A stretch of 64,000 nucleotides of DNA from Podarcis liolepis (taxonomy: Eukaryota). Below the pieces are notes generated by a model. The model searched no databases. It was not told where the DNA came from and worked only from the letters and a program-made list of their open reading frames with translations. The stretch lies in assembly GCA_965112155.1 (NCBI GenBank), contig OZ218099.1; one strand, given 5' to 3'. The position numbers and the translations under genes are program-made. How positions within the stretch are numbered: the stretch's first letter is position 1; each line of letters opens with the position of its first letter. Of this stretch, positions 1 through 13,964 are shown piece after piece.

Positions 1-3
<3 letters not shown>

Positions 4-41
<38 letters not shown>
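4..41. repeat. (AT)n microsatellite
   Basis: Seen directly. Confidence 0.95.
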
Positions 42-43
<2 letters not shown>

Positions 44-1148
44 ATTTTTTATAAACATTTGTGAACTAGGCTAGGAAGCCAGGATGGGTGTCACTTGCTG
101 CATAACACATGCAGCGGCAAACATGCATTTGCCACCATATTACATGTGAAGAAGGCTTCAGCATTTTGAGGGCTCCTGCAGAGGTTTCTTAGAGAGGCAC
201 TTGGTAGTTAATTCGTGAGATAAATGGCTCCAAGTCATTTCCAGCCTAGATCAACAACAACAGAATAGCACCTTCAGTTCTGTGAAGGCATGGATGAAGA
301 ACATGTTCCATTACCAAAGTCTACAAAAAACACCTATTATGGGAGAGTTGATTTTCTTAAAAAGGAGTTTACTATAGAATCTGAAGGCTTTGGTCCATTA
401 CCATCTATTCATTAGGTTTCCTATAATGCATACAATGTTCTATTTTATTGCACAATCCTGCATGAAGATGGGGTGCATCCAGAGATCTAATCAGAGCCAA
501 GTTACTTTTCACTTTGGCACGTGTGGAAGCACCACACACCACCAGAACATTACAGAAAACAGGATGCTTGTATTTACCTTCTCTATCCCCAGCCAGCCCT
601 TTCCTTTGGCCTGTTCCAGTAATTCAGATCCATAGCATGAGTCACTCATAGCAGGCAAACAGGGAGGGTGAGTTGGAAATATCAGAGGCACACAGACCAT
701 AGAGTTGAGTCCACATGCACCTATGCATACAAAGGTGGGACAACGAAACAGACCTGTGCATGTACCAGGACAGAACTGTGCCCTTAGGAATGATTACAAT
801 CACTTCTCAAATTTAACTTTGCAACCACAGAACTAGCAATGCAGTTTCTCCAGTTTCACAGTCGTGTACAATTCTTTGCTAAAACTTGCTGTACTTGTTT
901 GCAATGGTATGATTACGTTGTTAACTGAACGCCACCATCACCTGATGGTGAAAGCAGGGTAACAAATCAAATACACAAATAGATCCTCATGTTATTATAA
1001 CAATAATAAAATCTTATCTTCCCACAATTAAAAATGTTTACATAAGAAAGCTGCTATCCAGATGGTCTGCACTGAACAATTACTACTGTCATTTAACATT
1101 TGCACATAAGCAACCATTTCATTAAGATGCATAAGAGATGATACTCAC

Positions 1149-1251
1149 ACAAAGCTAAAAGGACTGTTTGTGATAAGAAATAGTTTTTTGTTATGGTTAA
1201 CCAGTCGATTTAGGACAGCATAAGTTTCATCTCCATGAAGAATATATTTTT
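1149..1251 (-). CDS. NT5DC2: NT5DC2 exon 8 (HAD motif II, LITNS); gene continues beyond window start
   Basis: (E)[34 protein letters not shown]; TTGCAG / GTGAGT; 103 nt. Confidence 0.95.
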
Positions 1252-1431
1252 CTGCAAGAAACAGATTAAGCTAAGCATAATGTAAAAGTACACAACACTA
1301 TGACAAAAAAGAAAACATTTAGGCAAATTTCAGTTTGGTGGTTCAAAACCATTAATCTAAAGCCATTAGATGCCAGACAGTGTTCATTACTATTCAAAAA
1401 AACCTTAATCAAAGTTTAGAACTTAACTGAC

Positions 1432-1492
1432 CCATGTCCTTTTCAATCCATTTGTACATCATTCCTTTCACATGGACATCTTTAATGGCATC
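1432..1492 (-). CDS. NT5DC2: NT5DC2 exon 7
   Basis: DAIKDVHVKGMMYKWIEKDM; TTTTAG / GTCAGT; 61 nt. Confidence 0.95.
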
Positions 1493-1680
1493 CTAAAACA
1501 GCAACGAGTAGTTATGCATAAGTCTTAAACCTTGTATTGTATTATACAGCACCATCAATGTAAATGCCGCTTTATAAAGTAATCATCAAAAGAGAAAACT
1601 GTCAGGAACTTGACATATGATGTAGGAAATCTGCACCCAAAGCACTAACACAGTCTGTGTATCAGTGGACTTTGAAGGCA

Positions 1681-1683
<3 letters not shown>

Positions 1684-1717
<34 letters not shown>
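1684..1717. repeat. (GT)n microsatellite
   Basis: Seen directly. Confidence 0.95.
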
Positions 1718-1719
<2 letters not shown>

Positions 1720-1939
1720 CACAGAGAAACCAAATGATAAGTAATTTCCATGAATCCACTGAAGTCACTGATACATGGGTATATTTAAATTTATAGTCCA
1801 AAGCAACTGTGATGCTAAAGATGTATAAGCAGAATTCTGCTTGTGTGGTCAGGTTCCTATAGGTGTTGAAAAAAAGCAGCTTAGGAGTATTACTGAAGAT
1901 GACAAATGACAGAAGCAATGTACAAAGCAGAGTCATGAC

Positions 1940-2065
1940 ACCTTAAAGATGAAGTGGAATCCAGTCCACCAAAGCATATGCCACAATAAAACATGTTAAG
2001 TCTTTAAGGTACCACAAGACTGGTGCTTTTGCTGCAACAGAATAACATGGCTGCCCCTCTGGAAA
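1940..2065 (+). mobile_element. Degenerate Penelope-like terminal fragment
   Basis: GATGAAGTGGA...TCCACCAAAGC...AATAAA...TCTTTAAGGTACCAC...AACATGGCTGCCCCTCTG; related remnant near 20447-20595. Confidence 0.55.
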
Positions 2066-2260
2066 ATGCAATATAGATATTCTCTATACTTCATGCTAAT
2101 TAAAATAATAATTAACGGTTGCTTGATTTTTTTTGTCTCCTTTATTTATTTATTACTATTTGACAATGATACATTATGCTTGTGCAACGCAACCCTCATA
2201 TAAGACACGGGACTGCCAAAGGCAGAGTTTTCACCTATACCCTAAAACAGCTGTACTCAC

Positions 2261-2389
2261 ACTTATATCCTTGTAAAGATGAACTTGGTCATACTCAATA
2301 TTGTGAGTCATGAAATAGTCAGTCACGGATGAAAGCAGAGTCATTTCAGGAAGGGAGAAGATGTCCATAAACTGCTTAATTGATGGACC
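2261..2389 (-). CDS. NT5DC2: NT5DC2 exon 6
   Basis: [43 protein letters not shown]; GGACAG / GTGAGT; 129 nt. Confidence 0.95.
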
Positions 2390-4714
2390 CTGTCCAAAAG
2401 AGGAAACGCAATATAAAAACTGCTGTTTAACATAATGTACTTCTATAGGAAGTGGGAGTGTCTCACATTTCAGCTGAACACAGCGTACCCTCTGCGAATG
2501 CAATAATAGAGAGTTACTGAAGTTTTTGAATCAGCAGCTGTGGTTTTCCTCTCCAAAGCAATGAATCAAATGTGGCATGCATGTACAGGAGTCAGAGACT
2601 TACTGTAACTAGGCAAGTATGAGATGATTTTAGAGACTCTGGTAAACAACACTGGGAACATGGATACTTAACTGGCATGCATCTAATTCTATCAGGATTT
2701 GTGAAAGATTAGCAAGCCCCCTCTTTTTCCATCAGCTTTGGGACTGACGTAAAGAAACACCTATCTGCTGATGTCTGCTTTTTTAAGCTACTATTATGTT
2801 GTTGAGGTTGTTTTACTGCTGTCTTGAGCTGCCTTTCGCTCACCTAATGGTCTCAAAAGATGGGATATAACACACACAAAAACTGCTTCAGCGGCAACTT
2901 CATATGACCAAGGAATACAAAAACAAATAACATTACCAAATTTACCAAAGTAAATTAATTAAAAATCCTACTCAGGAAACAAAATCATTCACGTTATTAA
3001 AAACTGTAATGTTGTAAATAATTATGTATTCATTCCTTGGTATTAATATACCTCTTTAAAGGAACTTCGCTGATCCATTAACCTTTGATCTACAAATTAT
3101 ATTCAAAATTGGATTGGGTTTGGATTGCTATATATTTTTAACTGTATAATCAGTTTATATAGTCACTTCTGTATAGAAAGGTGACTGCACTCACGTGTTC
3201 ACCATTTCACTATAGCAACTGAACAGAGGCTTGGTTTACAGAGAGATTGCACACACATAGGTACAGCAAATCTTTGTCATGATGCAAGGGGATAAACCTA
3301 TTGCATAGTATTCACATGCTATCAGGCATGGAAAAAACATAGTAGATAGAGGGATAAATCATTGATTAGCTTTTGATTTGCATGGGACCATTGTGGGGAA
3401 AGATTAGTAATGGACAGGTATGTATATGTGTTATTGTATAGAACAAAAAAAAAGTCTTTTCCCCAATCTTTTGAGGCAATACAGCCCAAGTCTATTTGAA
3501 GCATTTGGATTTAGCTGTATTAAAACAAGCTAAATGAAATAAAAAGAAAATAAAGATAAGTACCCTAGATTGAACTGCACTGACATGCAGGATATGTGAA
3601 AGTATCAGTGATCTCAAACTCTGTGCTATCATGAACCTCCAGTGCCTAGTCTGGTCACTAAATTTTCTGGTCACTAAAAGGGTATAGTAAATAGTAGGAT
3701 ACTACTGTACTTGGTGATTTGTTTATTTCAAGAAGTAGTTCCCAATTTCTCAGGTCTTTAAAGAAATGGGAGTCTCTAGAAGTGGCAACAATGACAGAGA
3801 CAAAAATCTGTTCTCTTTTAGCAGCTGAACAGTACAAAAAAAAAAAACCAACACAAAAAGCCAAGACTGAACTACAAATTAAAGCCGTATGTGGCAGTCT
3901 GTTAACAACTGAAAATTATTGAAATATGACCTTTCCTTTCATCTGACTAAAGGAATAATCTGCTTTATAATACAGATTATGCTAAGAAACACTTTTATTA
4001 AACAGAAATCAGATACTAACTGCCATATGGCCAGGGGGCTGGTATCGTTGCTGATTGAGCAAAACAGCTACACCATAATGACCTTAACTAGACAAGACCT
4101 AATTCAACAGAACTCACCTTCCAACTATAATGACATCAACAAATTATTTCTGGTCTGTCAGTTGGAAGGGACTTATGTACACTGTCAATGCACACACTAG
4201 AGCAATAAACTAATCAATACCACGTTATCAGACCATTCAAGCCCTACCTTCCTTCTTTTTAGGCTTCTGACTTGCTAAGCTAACATTATTCTACCAATAT
4301 CTTGTGTTTTTTTAATGCATGTATCATCTCCAATGCTTCCCATATTTTAATCAGATACTTTTGATTTCTTGATGAAACCCTTAAAACAATGTAATAAGCA
4401 GCCTTAAATGTGTTCGAAGGACCCCAGGAGGGGAGATAATATTTTAAATAAGAAAGGCCAATGAATAGTTGCACTAGTGGGAGCCAGAACTGCAGACCTA
4501 GAGGTTACTTTAAAGTATAGCAGAACATGGAATATCTGCTATAAGGTAACTGCATATTATCTTAATGGAGGAAGAGGTCAGGGAAAGAAAAAAGTATTGG
4601 GAGAAGCCAAGGAAGCTAGAATGATCTTTGTTAAAACAGAAGGGATTCTCCCCGCCAGCAGACCACCACCTACAAGGTTTTAGATTAAAAACAGACAAAT
4701 ACTGCATAGGAATA

Positions 4715-5041
4715 CAGTGGTGCCCCGCAAGACGAATGCCTCGCAAGACGGAAAACTCGCTAGACGAAAGAGTTTTCCGTTTTGGAGGTGCTTCGCAAGA
4801 CGATTTTCCTATGGGCTTGCTTTGCAAGACGACAATGCCTTGCGAGTTCCTGCCGGTTTTTTTCCTTTCCCCCACTTTTTCTAAGCCGCTAAGCTGCTTA
4901 TCAGCTGATCCAATCAGCAGATAAGCTGCTAAAAGCCGCTAATAGCGCTAATCCGTCAATGGGCTTGCTTCGCAAGACGAAAAAACCGCTAGACGAAGAG
5001 AATCACAGAACGGATTCTTTTCGTCTTGCGAGGCACCACTG
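4715..5041. mobile_element. Tc1/mariner (pogo/Tigger-like) MITE
   Basis: TIRs CAGTGGTGCCCCGCAAGACG / CGTCTTGCGAGGCACCACTG; TA TSD. Confidence 0.9.
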
Positions 5042-7525
5042 TAGATGTTTCTTACTTAATCCAAATGCGGGGGAAAAATGTACTGTATAGTTAAAAGGTC
5101 TTTTTAAAAATCAATGTAATTTAGTTCTTTCTTCAAGCAATTATAAAAAACCTCATGGGTCAGAATTTCCCTTTTTTGTCATCACATCATATATCCATGG
5201 TGTATGAGACAACAGTGTTTGCTTTAGATATGGTTAATCTACCATTGAACAAACAATTCTCTCTCAAAACTTTCCTAACTCACAGAGCTGTCATGAAGGA
5301 CAAATAAGTCATATTTAACCATAGTGTGTAATGGGTTTTGGGTTTTTTTGTTTTGCAAAAAGCTATATAAAGCACCAAAAATCTGTCTACTGCAACTATG
5401 CTCTCTATCTTTTAAGATTTCACTGAACATCGCTCCCATTAAAGCATATCTCCACAGCTATTTTTTTATGACATTACAATTTACAGGATGGTGAATACCG
5501 TACATCTTTTGATTGTACAGTATGATCATGTAAAACACATATTAGGCCCTGCTCCCACGAAGATAGAAATAAAACTGAATTATTCCTAGTATGCAGGAAT
5601 AATTTGTACCAACCTTTAGGAAATTGTTAATGGATGAATACACACACCATTTACCGGCCTTTCCCACAGACCTGTACCCAATGAGGGCAAGGAAACATGA
5701 AGACATGACTGCACTGTTGAAGGAACCTCACACAAACAGAAAAACTTCTCTAGAAAAGGCAGCTGTTCTGCAGATCAATTGGCAGCAAACAACAGCTTAC
5801 ACATCTCTACCGACGGGTAGGCTACGAATGTAATGCCCTTTAGGCACACATCCCCCCTTCCAAAATTCATGGGAGATTACATACTCTCATGAAGTGAGGA
5901 ACAGGGTACTAGTCCAGCTCAGGTCAGGAAAAGGGATTTTTGATCCTCTAATATATAGACCGACCCACTCTGAAATGTATCAGGGCTTTCTTGCCAGTCA
6001 TCTCTCTCAGTTGTCAGATCTCCCTCATCCTTTCAGAATCCTAGTATTTGAGAGGGTGGGAGTCTGGTTAGACTGGAAGAACAAGGAGGGCATGTTCTTT
6101 CCCATTCAATGCATCCTCAGCCTTGCATCCTCAGCCTTGCACCAGGGAAGTGATCAGATTAGCAGAAGTCAGCTGCTTAAAGACAGGTTTCTGGCATTTC
6201 ACAATCTTCTACAAATGAGAAGGAATCCAGCTGAGGAGCGTACACAAATGTTTTACTGTCACAAAACTACTTCTGGACTCCACTGAAATGTAACATATTG
6301 TATCCAACCAAGTCACCCCATTAATGGAAAAACTTCTGCCTACGCAAAGGAACTTCCTCTACACCCCTTGAGCCCCTTTACCCAAAATCTTGTTCTGGGG
6401 TCCTTCCAACCTTCTGGATCAACTGTGGAGAGGGGGACATGGGAAGACAGGAGGAGTCCTTCTTGGATGAATTTGCTGAGTACAACCCAATGTGTTACAT
6501 ACAAGTATTACTTCTGTTCTAAAGGTGTGTATTGCACGTCTCCCTGCCCAGTGGAAGAAGGACAATGTATTTCAAAATTGGAACTAGGGAATTGTTCAAA
6601 TGTTACTTTATCTGTGAACCTTAATGCATAAAAAATGGCGAGAGGGAGAGTAAGGCAACACTTGCACCAGAAAAGCCTATGTTTATCTGAATGCACTATC
6701 TCATTGACCTTGAGGAATGAGTACACAAGCCTGAGATTTGCTCATGATTTAGCTGTGCACAGAGATTCAGAGAGTGACGTAGTGTCTGAACTGTCTCCGA
6801 GAGTAACACCATTTCTGAATAAATGCAGAGCGTCAAATTACAAGTCTAGAGAAAAATATTTTCTTTTAATAAGTTGCTGTTAAGTCCTTCAAAAAGGAAC
6901 ACTATACAGTTAGTTGGGGTGGTTATCTGGTAGCTTACAGATCCTATCTGGCCATTGAACAACTTCATCTAGTCCTCTGCAGTGCTACTAAATTGCAATA
7001 GTGTTGAAAAACAACAACAAACTTAGATTTGAAGGCTTGAAATGGTTGTAAAAACATGCAAGAGATCTAATCTCCATATTAACACCATGGCTGTTGGGGC
7101 TTTGTATAAATATGCTGACAGATACCCAAACTTCTGGAATACTCATTGGAACAGCAGAGCCCCAGAGATGACCACTCCCAAGAAAGATGAACAGATGCAT
7201 AAGTACTATGCAAAAATATGAATAATTATTCAGCATTGCTAGTAATAATACTTAAAGTGCTCCCTAGGTGGTCATATCTGGAGTCATCCAGTCAGCCAAC
7301 AAATTTAAGATTATTTTACAAAAGTCAACCAGACTCACTGTCTCCCTGACAAATTGTTCATATGCTCCTGAAGAAACAGTATGTTTAAACTGGCAAGCGC
7401 TGCCTTTTCACACTTGGAAGAAATCACTGGCATTTTCACTTAATTCCTGCATATTGGATTTCTCAGTTATTAAGAAGAGCCAAAGCCCCATTTTATTAAA
7501 TGGTCAATAACGAAGCTTATGGTAC

Positions 7526-7619
7526 CTTGCCGTAAAAGTCACTCATCTGGTATAATGGAATATGCTGGGTCCCGCCATACATTTCAATGACCTCTTCATC
7601 AGGCACTGGTTTCAGCCCT
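7526..7619 (-). CDS. NT5DC2: NT5DC2 exon 5
   Basis: [31 protein letters not shown]; TTATAG / GTACCA; 94 nt. Confidence 0.95.
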
Positions 7620-8005
7620 CTATAAGCAAGTTAAAAGACTGAATGTCAACCTCAAGTGAGATAAATGCCAGAAAGGAGAAAAAGGACAGACTGGAATGAA
7701 AGTCTATTTCTATCACAGCATGGGCCTTTCAGCTGCCCCAAAATCAAAGAAAGCAGAGATTAAACTTTTCACAGGTCATTTATAAATTGGTAGCCAGCTG
7801 TGTTCACTTCACTGAGAATCATTTCTGATTGGTTATTCTGTGCAACTTTTTTAAAAAAGTTATATAATAGGTATGTGCTTTGGAAGTGCAAATCAACCAA
7901 CATAGCTCCTCTTGGTTTTATCACCATGTTAATAAAGGTTCACTGTATTATTTTATGAGGAGTGTTAAATTTCAGGTGCTTCAGCATTGACCCAAGATCC
8001 TTCAA

Positions 8006-8259
8006 TGAAGAAGAAGAGAAGAAGAGTTTGGATTTGATATCCCGCCTTTCACTCCCCTTCAGGTGTCTCAAAGCGGCTAACATTCTCCTTTCCCTTCCTC
8101 CCCCACAACAAACACTCTGTGAGGTGAGTGGGGCTGAGAGACTTCACAGAAGTGTGACTGGCCCAAGGTCACCCAGCAGCTGCATGTGGAGGAGCGGAGA
8201 CACAAACCCGGTTTCCCAGATTACGTGACTACCGCTCTTAACCACTACACCACACTGGC
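8006..8259 (-). mobile_element. tRNA-derived SINE (squamate, MIR/L2-tail-like)
   Basis: Minus-strand head GCCAGTGTGGTGTAGTGGTTAAGAGC (A-box), CORE-like GTGACCTTGGGCCAGTCAC, (TTC)n tail. Confidence 0.8.
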
Positions 8260-9753
8260 TACTTGATTCAACTCACTGCATAAAACAGTAGTGTCTGAAT
8301 ATTATCAAGCATCTTTTGAGGTAGCTTCTGAATCATGCAGGACAGCTTCATATAATGTACAGACAACAAACTAAAGAATATTTCTCTGAAGGAAATTAAG
8401 GAAACAAAATATAATAATATGATACTGTGTAAAAAATAACAAATGAGACTTAGTTTTTTTGAGAACAATCAGAAGTTTATTTTATCCTTCTTACTGTCAT
8501 TTTTTATTTCCTTTTCCTTTTTATTTATTTTTTGTTGTATTTTTCTTTTTCTTGTGTGGTGTTCATGCATAAACTGTAATATGGCAAATTGTTTTGTAAA
8601 TATGTGTTGAATGTTTAATAAAGATTTATAAAAATTTTAAAACAAAAAACAAAAAAGTAGTTTCAGAATCATGCAAACAGCTTCATGTTTCATTGTTTTT
8701 CAGCTAGAATGCTTTTATTACAATTGTATCAAAAGTGACATTGCAAAGGACAAGGTATATGAAGCTAATAGAAGGAACCAGAAAATCTACACACACCAAA
8801 GTTATTAACAAAACGAAAGTTGGCTAAACGAAGAATTGAGTCCAAACCCATGTGAGTCTATAGGATACAAAAGGAATTTAAGCTCTCCTCGGCTAAGCCA
8901 GTGTTCTTGGTATTGTATCTTAAGAAGTTATTCAGCTGGATTGGACGGTTATGTGGTTGAGACAGCTGGGCAAAGTAATGGGATACCACGACAGTTGCAA
9001 GAGAAAGGAGAATAAGTGTCAGTGGAGCCCGGGCACAATGACAATAATTGCTTCTCCAGGGGAGAATTTCCACTAGACTCTGGTTCCAAGATGGCACAGC
9101 TAGTACCTCTCCCTGCATTACTCACAAAATTAAAACCTATTCAATCTAACTGGCAGATATGCATGCACAACAGGACATCATTTTTGTGCATTTTGCAAGG
9201 CAATAACTACAATCAGTTACTTTTGATAAATAAATAAATGATTAAACATTCACTTCGAACATCATGTTCTGAACTTTTGACTCAGCTCTTAATTGACTGC
9301 TACTGGGTTTTGTTTTTTTATGCTCAGAAAGGATCTTTCCACACAACTTCACTAATGAATGTGGCAGTTAAGCATATTTATCAGGGCGGGATGTCAGCTT
9401 CCTTTTTTAAACCGTTGATGCAACTTGTGCACGTTTCAATTTCTTAGTGAGGGACAGTGAGATAAGGAGAACATCCGACTTCAGTAAGTCTTGCCAGCGT
9501 GTTCTGCCTGCACTGACTTAAGTCACAGACCTGGAATTCAATTGTGTAAACAAGAGTTTAATCTCTGCCAATAAAATATAATTAGGCTTTCACTCCTACT
9601 ACATGTGGCCATTAAAATGCTGCATCAAAGCAACAAGCTTTAATAAGAGCAAACAAAAGGGAACAGATCCAGAAAGAGAATGTACACGTACAGAGTTTGC
9701 ATTTTAATTTGCCTTATATTCGCATATATTTTAAGAGATGGTATTCAACTCAC

Positions 9754-9809
9754 TGATATGCAGTACCCAACTGAACATAGTGGAAAGCATCAATCTTCAT
9801 CAGAAGGCT
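9754..9809 (-). CDS. NT5DC2: NT5DC2 exon 4
   Basis: SLLMKIDAFHYVQLGTAY(Q); TTTCAG / GTGAGT; 56 nt. Confidence 0.95.
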
Positions 9810-11803
9810 CTGAAAGATAAGCAGACCTTTACTGAGAAGATCCTCTGTATATTTTACTCATTCTGCAGAACCTAACATTAAAAGAAGTCAGTCCTACCTA
9901 AACTGATCCTCCTATTGTAACGCATTCTTAAATTCCACTCACAGATTGCTAGTCATGTGTTAAGGTGCACTGAGAGGGAGTGCTACTAAACCCCTCTGTC
10001 CCTGCAGAACAAAACCACCACTACACCAAGCACATATAGCAAAATATAAAGCAAGAGCCTTCTACTGATTACCATTGGGCATGGAGGGAAATTTGGAGGT
10101 ATTGTAGAAGTTATTCAGAAGAATCCTACAGTTGTTTGGTGACAACCCTGGTCCTGATGGTAAAATGTAACATTTGCAAAAGAGACAGCGCAAGTAAACA
10201 CACTTTCAACAGAGTGTCTTGAATGGCAGCCTAGCTGTGCTCTGCCTCCAAAGTCACAACAGCCAACAGGATTTCAACTAATTCAAGGACCAATCTGAGC
10301 CACAGCCAGGGAACAAAGAGACAGCTCACATATGACACGCAGCATGAAGCCACACTGTCTGGACTCATGGCTAGAGAGCAAAGAGCACACATATGGGAAT
10401 CTGGTTATGGAGAACTTGGCATACACTCCTACCCAGCAGCTTAAGGGCAGGGAGGAGACATCTAGGTGAGGATCACTTGTCTTCTCATCCCCCTTAAGGA
10501 GGACCTTTGCTTCAGAATTACACACAGCCACTGGGAACTTTAATTCCACTTCTGCAATTATGAGTGAAAGGGCAAGGCAGTCCACGCATGTAAGCAAGGG
10601 AAGGGGAAACCGAGGAGGAAACCATGTCTCAAAGCATAACTCTAAAGGCACCATCCATTCCTCCCCACTGAACACAACATAGAAATAAATGGGCATGCAG
10701 AACATTCAAAACACTTATGTGCTTCAGGTTCCCCCTGTTTGAACAGTGTACTTGCTAAATAAACTTTTCGTACTCAGCAGATTGGCACATAACTGCACGT
10801 TTGCCAAGAGGGCTCCTGTTGGCAACAACTCCCTCAATACTCAAACATATACTATGCAATTATCAGCAAAGGACACTGGGAGCACAGGGATCTCTGTTGG
10901 TGAACTCTGGGCACTTTATTCTGTCTTTTCTCACTGAGGACCAGACACACATGACTTAATTTTCCTTGCTGGATGGAGGGGTAGGAGGAGGAGAGAATGT
11001 GATATAAGCAGAAAAGTGTTCTATTGCAACTCCTTACAATACTGAACTTCAAATTTAAAAAAAGAAGTATGTTCAGTATTAAATCTCTCATCGTGGTAGT
11101 TTGGAAGCCATAAAATACTTTACAAATCCTTTTTTAAAAGTCATCTTCTCTAGCCCCAAGACTCCTCAGCTGAGGATGATTGATAGTTCTGTGCAAATAT
11201 CATATGGGTTTCATATATTATTGTGTTCTATGTATTTGACAAGCTAGCTGTCTGGCCCCAGTCCAATGCTTGTTAAGTTGAAACTAATGCCTTGTATGCA
11301 GAAGCCAAAAGGATGAAGGAAGGAAATTACACCTGAATAATCCTGGCCCCATAGGAACACCATACTGTTATATTAACCAGGGTTTTATGATATGTTTATT
11401 TTTTAATCTTGCTGTCCCATTAAGAACACAGTTGAGCACAACACACATATATCACTTTTTTAGGGTGCATATGAGGAACTTCCATGGGAAACTAGAACAG
11501 CACTGTAGAATTGTAGGAGCAATTGTAAATTTGCATGCTATATAATGGGGCTGCCCTGTTTATCTTGTTTTCATCTATGCAGACACTCATGCTTCACATT
11601 CCACTGAATTAAAGACCAAAACTCCCAACCTCATAAAATTGCCCAAGTTTCTCTTCTGTTATGTATGTGTGGAAAGACACCCTCCCCCTTTAAAACAAAC
11701 AAACACACACATATTTATATATGCCAAGTGCATGAAGCAATAATGTGCGCAAGTTAAATGCACACAAGTTGCAAATTACGTGTAGCTACAAGACAAAGTC
11801 TGA

Positions 11804-11952
11804 GGAGCCTTGATAGCTCAGTTGGTTAGAGTGTGGTGCTAACACACCAAGGTTGCAGGATTGATCCCCTTATGGGACAGCTGCATATCCCTGCATGTCC
11901 CTTGGACTAGATGATCCTCAGGGTCCCTCCCATCTTTACAATTATATGATTT
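11804..11952 (+). mobile_element. tRNA-Ile(AAU)-derived SINE with CR1-like 3' tail
   Basis: Head TAGCTCAGTTGGTTAGAGTGTGGTGCTAA resembles tRNA-Ile; followed by TTGGACTAGATGATCCTCAGGGTCCC, a CR1-type end. Confidence 0.78.
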
Positions 11953-12352
11953 CTAGCATCACTACAACATAACAGTGTCTTACATACTATTAACAGTGTT
12001 GCCCAGCAAACAAAACAAATCCCTTAATCTTCCCCAGGTATTTTGCTGACAAAGATGTGAAAGAGCCTGTACCAACACCCAGCTTCACCTCTTTGACAAT
12101 GCAGTGCACTCTGGCAATGCTCCCAAGTCAATGTGTGATTGGTCAAGTCACCCAAAGGACTGCCTGCCCAAACACTCAAAGTCATTGATAATTACACTTC
12201 TTATTCTAAGGGTAGCCATGGTTTTTCAGCAGCCATTAGCTCACCATGCACACAGATATTTCCAGTGGGCATACAACTCACAAGCTCCCTTGTTCGTCTC
12301 TATGAATACAGCAAGCTAACACATGAACAAAGACTGAAGTTATATATCTTAC

Positions 12353-12427
12353 CTTGTGGACATCATAGTGAAGCCCTCTTATGGCAAATCCAGGGATGTA
12401 TTCATATTTTCTGAGTCCTTCTGGGTA
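12353..12427 (-). CDS. NT5DC2: NT5DC2 exon 3
   Basis: [25 protein letters not shown]; TTGTAG / GTAAGA; 75 nt. Confidence 0.95.
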
Positions 12428-13964
12428 CTACAAAACATTCCACTAGAAAGCATCAGTATGTTTTGTCTCACAGGGGTGTGTACTACATTATATTCAGATT
12501 TTTTTGTTTATCCAAAGACCAGTAGAAACCCAGAAGACCCAGAATGTTGGACTACAACCTGGGAGACTAAGGTTCAAATTCAAGCTCAGTTACAAAACTC
12601 AAAGGATGATCTTGAAACAGTTATTGCCTCTCATTCTCCATCACTCACAGCATTGTTGTGATGATAACATGAAAATTGGGGAACTATGTACATCATTTTT
12701 AGCACCTTGCAGAAAGCAAATAGCACAATATAAAATAAAAATAAAACAGGAGACAATGGCTTGGTTTGAATAAAATACTAACATATGGTTAAATTAGCAT
12801 TACAAAAATTATTCTCAGTGAGCCTGGACTTGTGCACTCTGCCCTCTAGTGTGACTGTGTGGATGACTTTGGAAGTTTCTGCTTTAGATTACCCACAGTT
12901 TAATGTGCCAACCATACACTATACTTGTGGTTTAACCTAACTACAGTTAGCTGAAATAAGAGAGATTATTATTTATTATACCGTCCTTCACCCGAGGATC
13001 ACAGGGAGGTTTACGATATGAAAACACAAAAATACATAACAAAAACAAAACCCCTTACAGTTTAAAAGTCCACAGATTGTTCACTTAGCCAAAGACTAAT
13101 AAACATAACACAGGTGCCAGGCAAGCCTCCCTGGGGAGAGCACTCCACAAACTATGGTTTGGAGTTGGCTTTAACTAACCGTAGTAAGATTAACCACAGT
13201 GCGTCTGGATTCAGACAACATGGCAAGTGGCAATTAATTTAAAATGGAAGTGAAAGCTTTTAAACACCTAGTTGTGACTGTAGGGTGGGGGAGTTTAGTA
13301 TGTATACACCTTTGACACCTGAGCTTTTTTTGACTGCATGTTCTATAATTGTTAAGCTTTAAATCTGTTTTTAATGTAATACTTTTTAATTATTGTAACA
13401 TGATTTGGGCCAAAGTGTGGGCAATAAATTAAAATCATAATCCATTTTTGGGAATGGCTACAAGGGGAAGAGTGGAAGCATTTATTTACCTGTTCAGCTA
13501 ACTACATTTGCTCTTATGAATTAATCTGGATAAACTGTGGTTAGGGTTAACAAACAATCTTCAAACCATGGTTAATGATCCTTAATCATAGTCAACACTA
13601 GCTACAGTTTGTCCAGGTGTGGTCTAAACAAATACCAGTTAGTTTAAAAAAACAGTAAATGTTTCCAGTCTCCTTGTGGCTGTATCAGAGGACATGGGGG
13701 GGAGTGCAGGGACTCAAGGCTTGTGAATATAATACTAAACACTTGTTTATTATTATTTGTGAACTAAGCTATTATCATACAAAAGGTGTGGAAGGATCTG
13801 TTCTTGCTATTTATTTTATAAGCCCCAAACAATCAGTAGAGAATTATGTACACGCTGGTCTAAGGATCGTTTCCATACTGTCCCGTCATGCCCTGCTACA
13901 AATCAAGTGGATAACATCAGCATTTGGTAACTAGGCAATAAACAGCAAGAATAAAGTACATTAC

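Noticed and set aside
1945-1978. Hammerhead-like motif in a Penelope remnant (also near 20447)
   Set aside because: Both CUGANGA and GAAA boxes are degenerate; not a credible active ribozyme
4510-5041. Short repeated CGCAAGACG units resembling a spacer array, and overlapping ORFs
   Set aside because: Internal repeats of a MITE with TIRs and TA TSD; vertebrate DNA with no cas genes, so not CRISPR
11804-11880. Apparent tRNA-Ile gene
   Set aside because: Anticodon loop and T-loop are mutated and it is fused to a LINE-like tail, so it is a SINE
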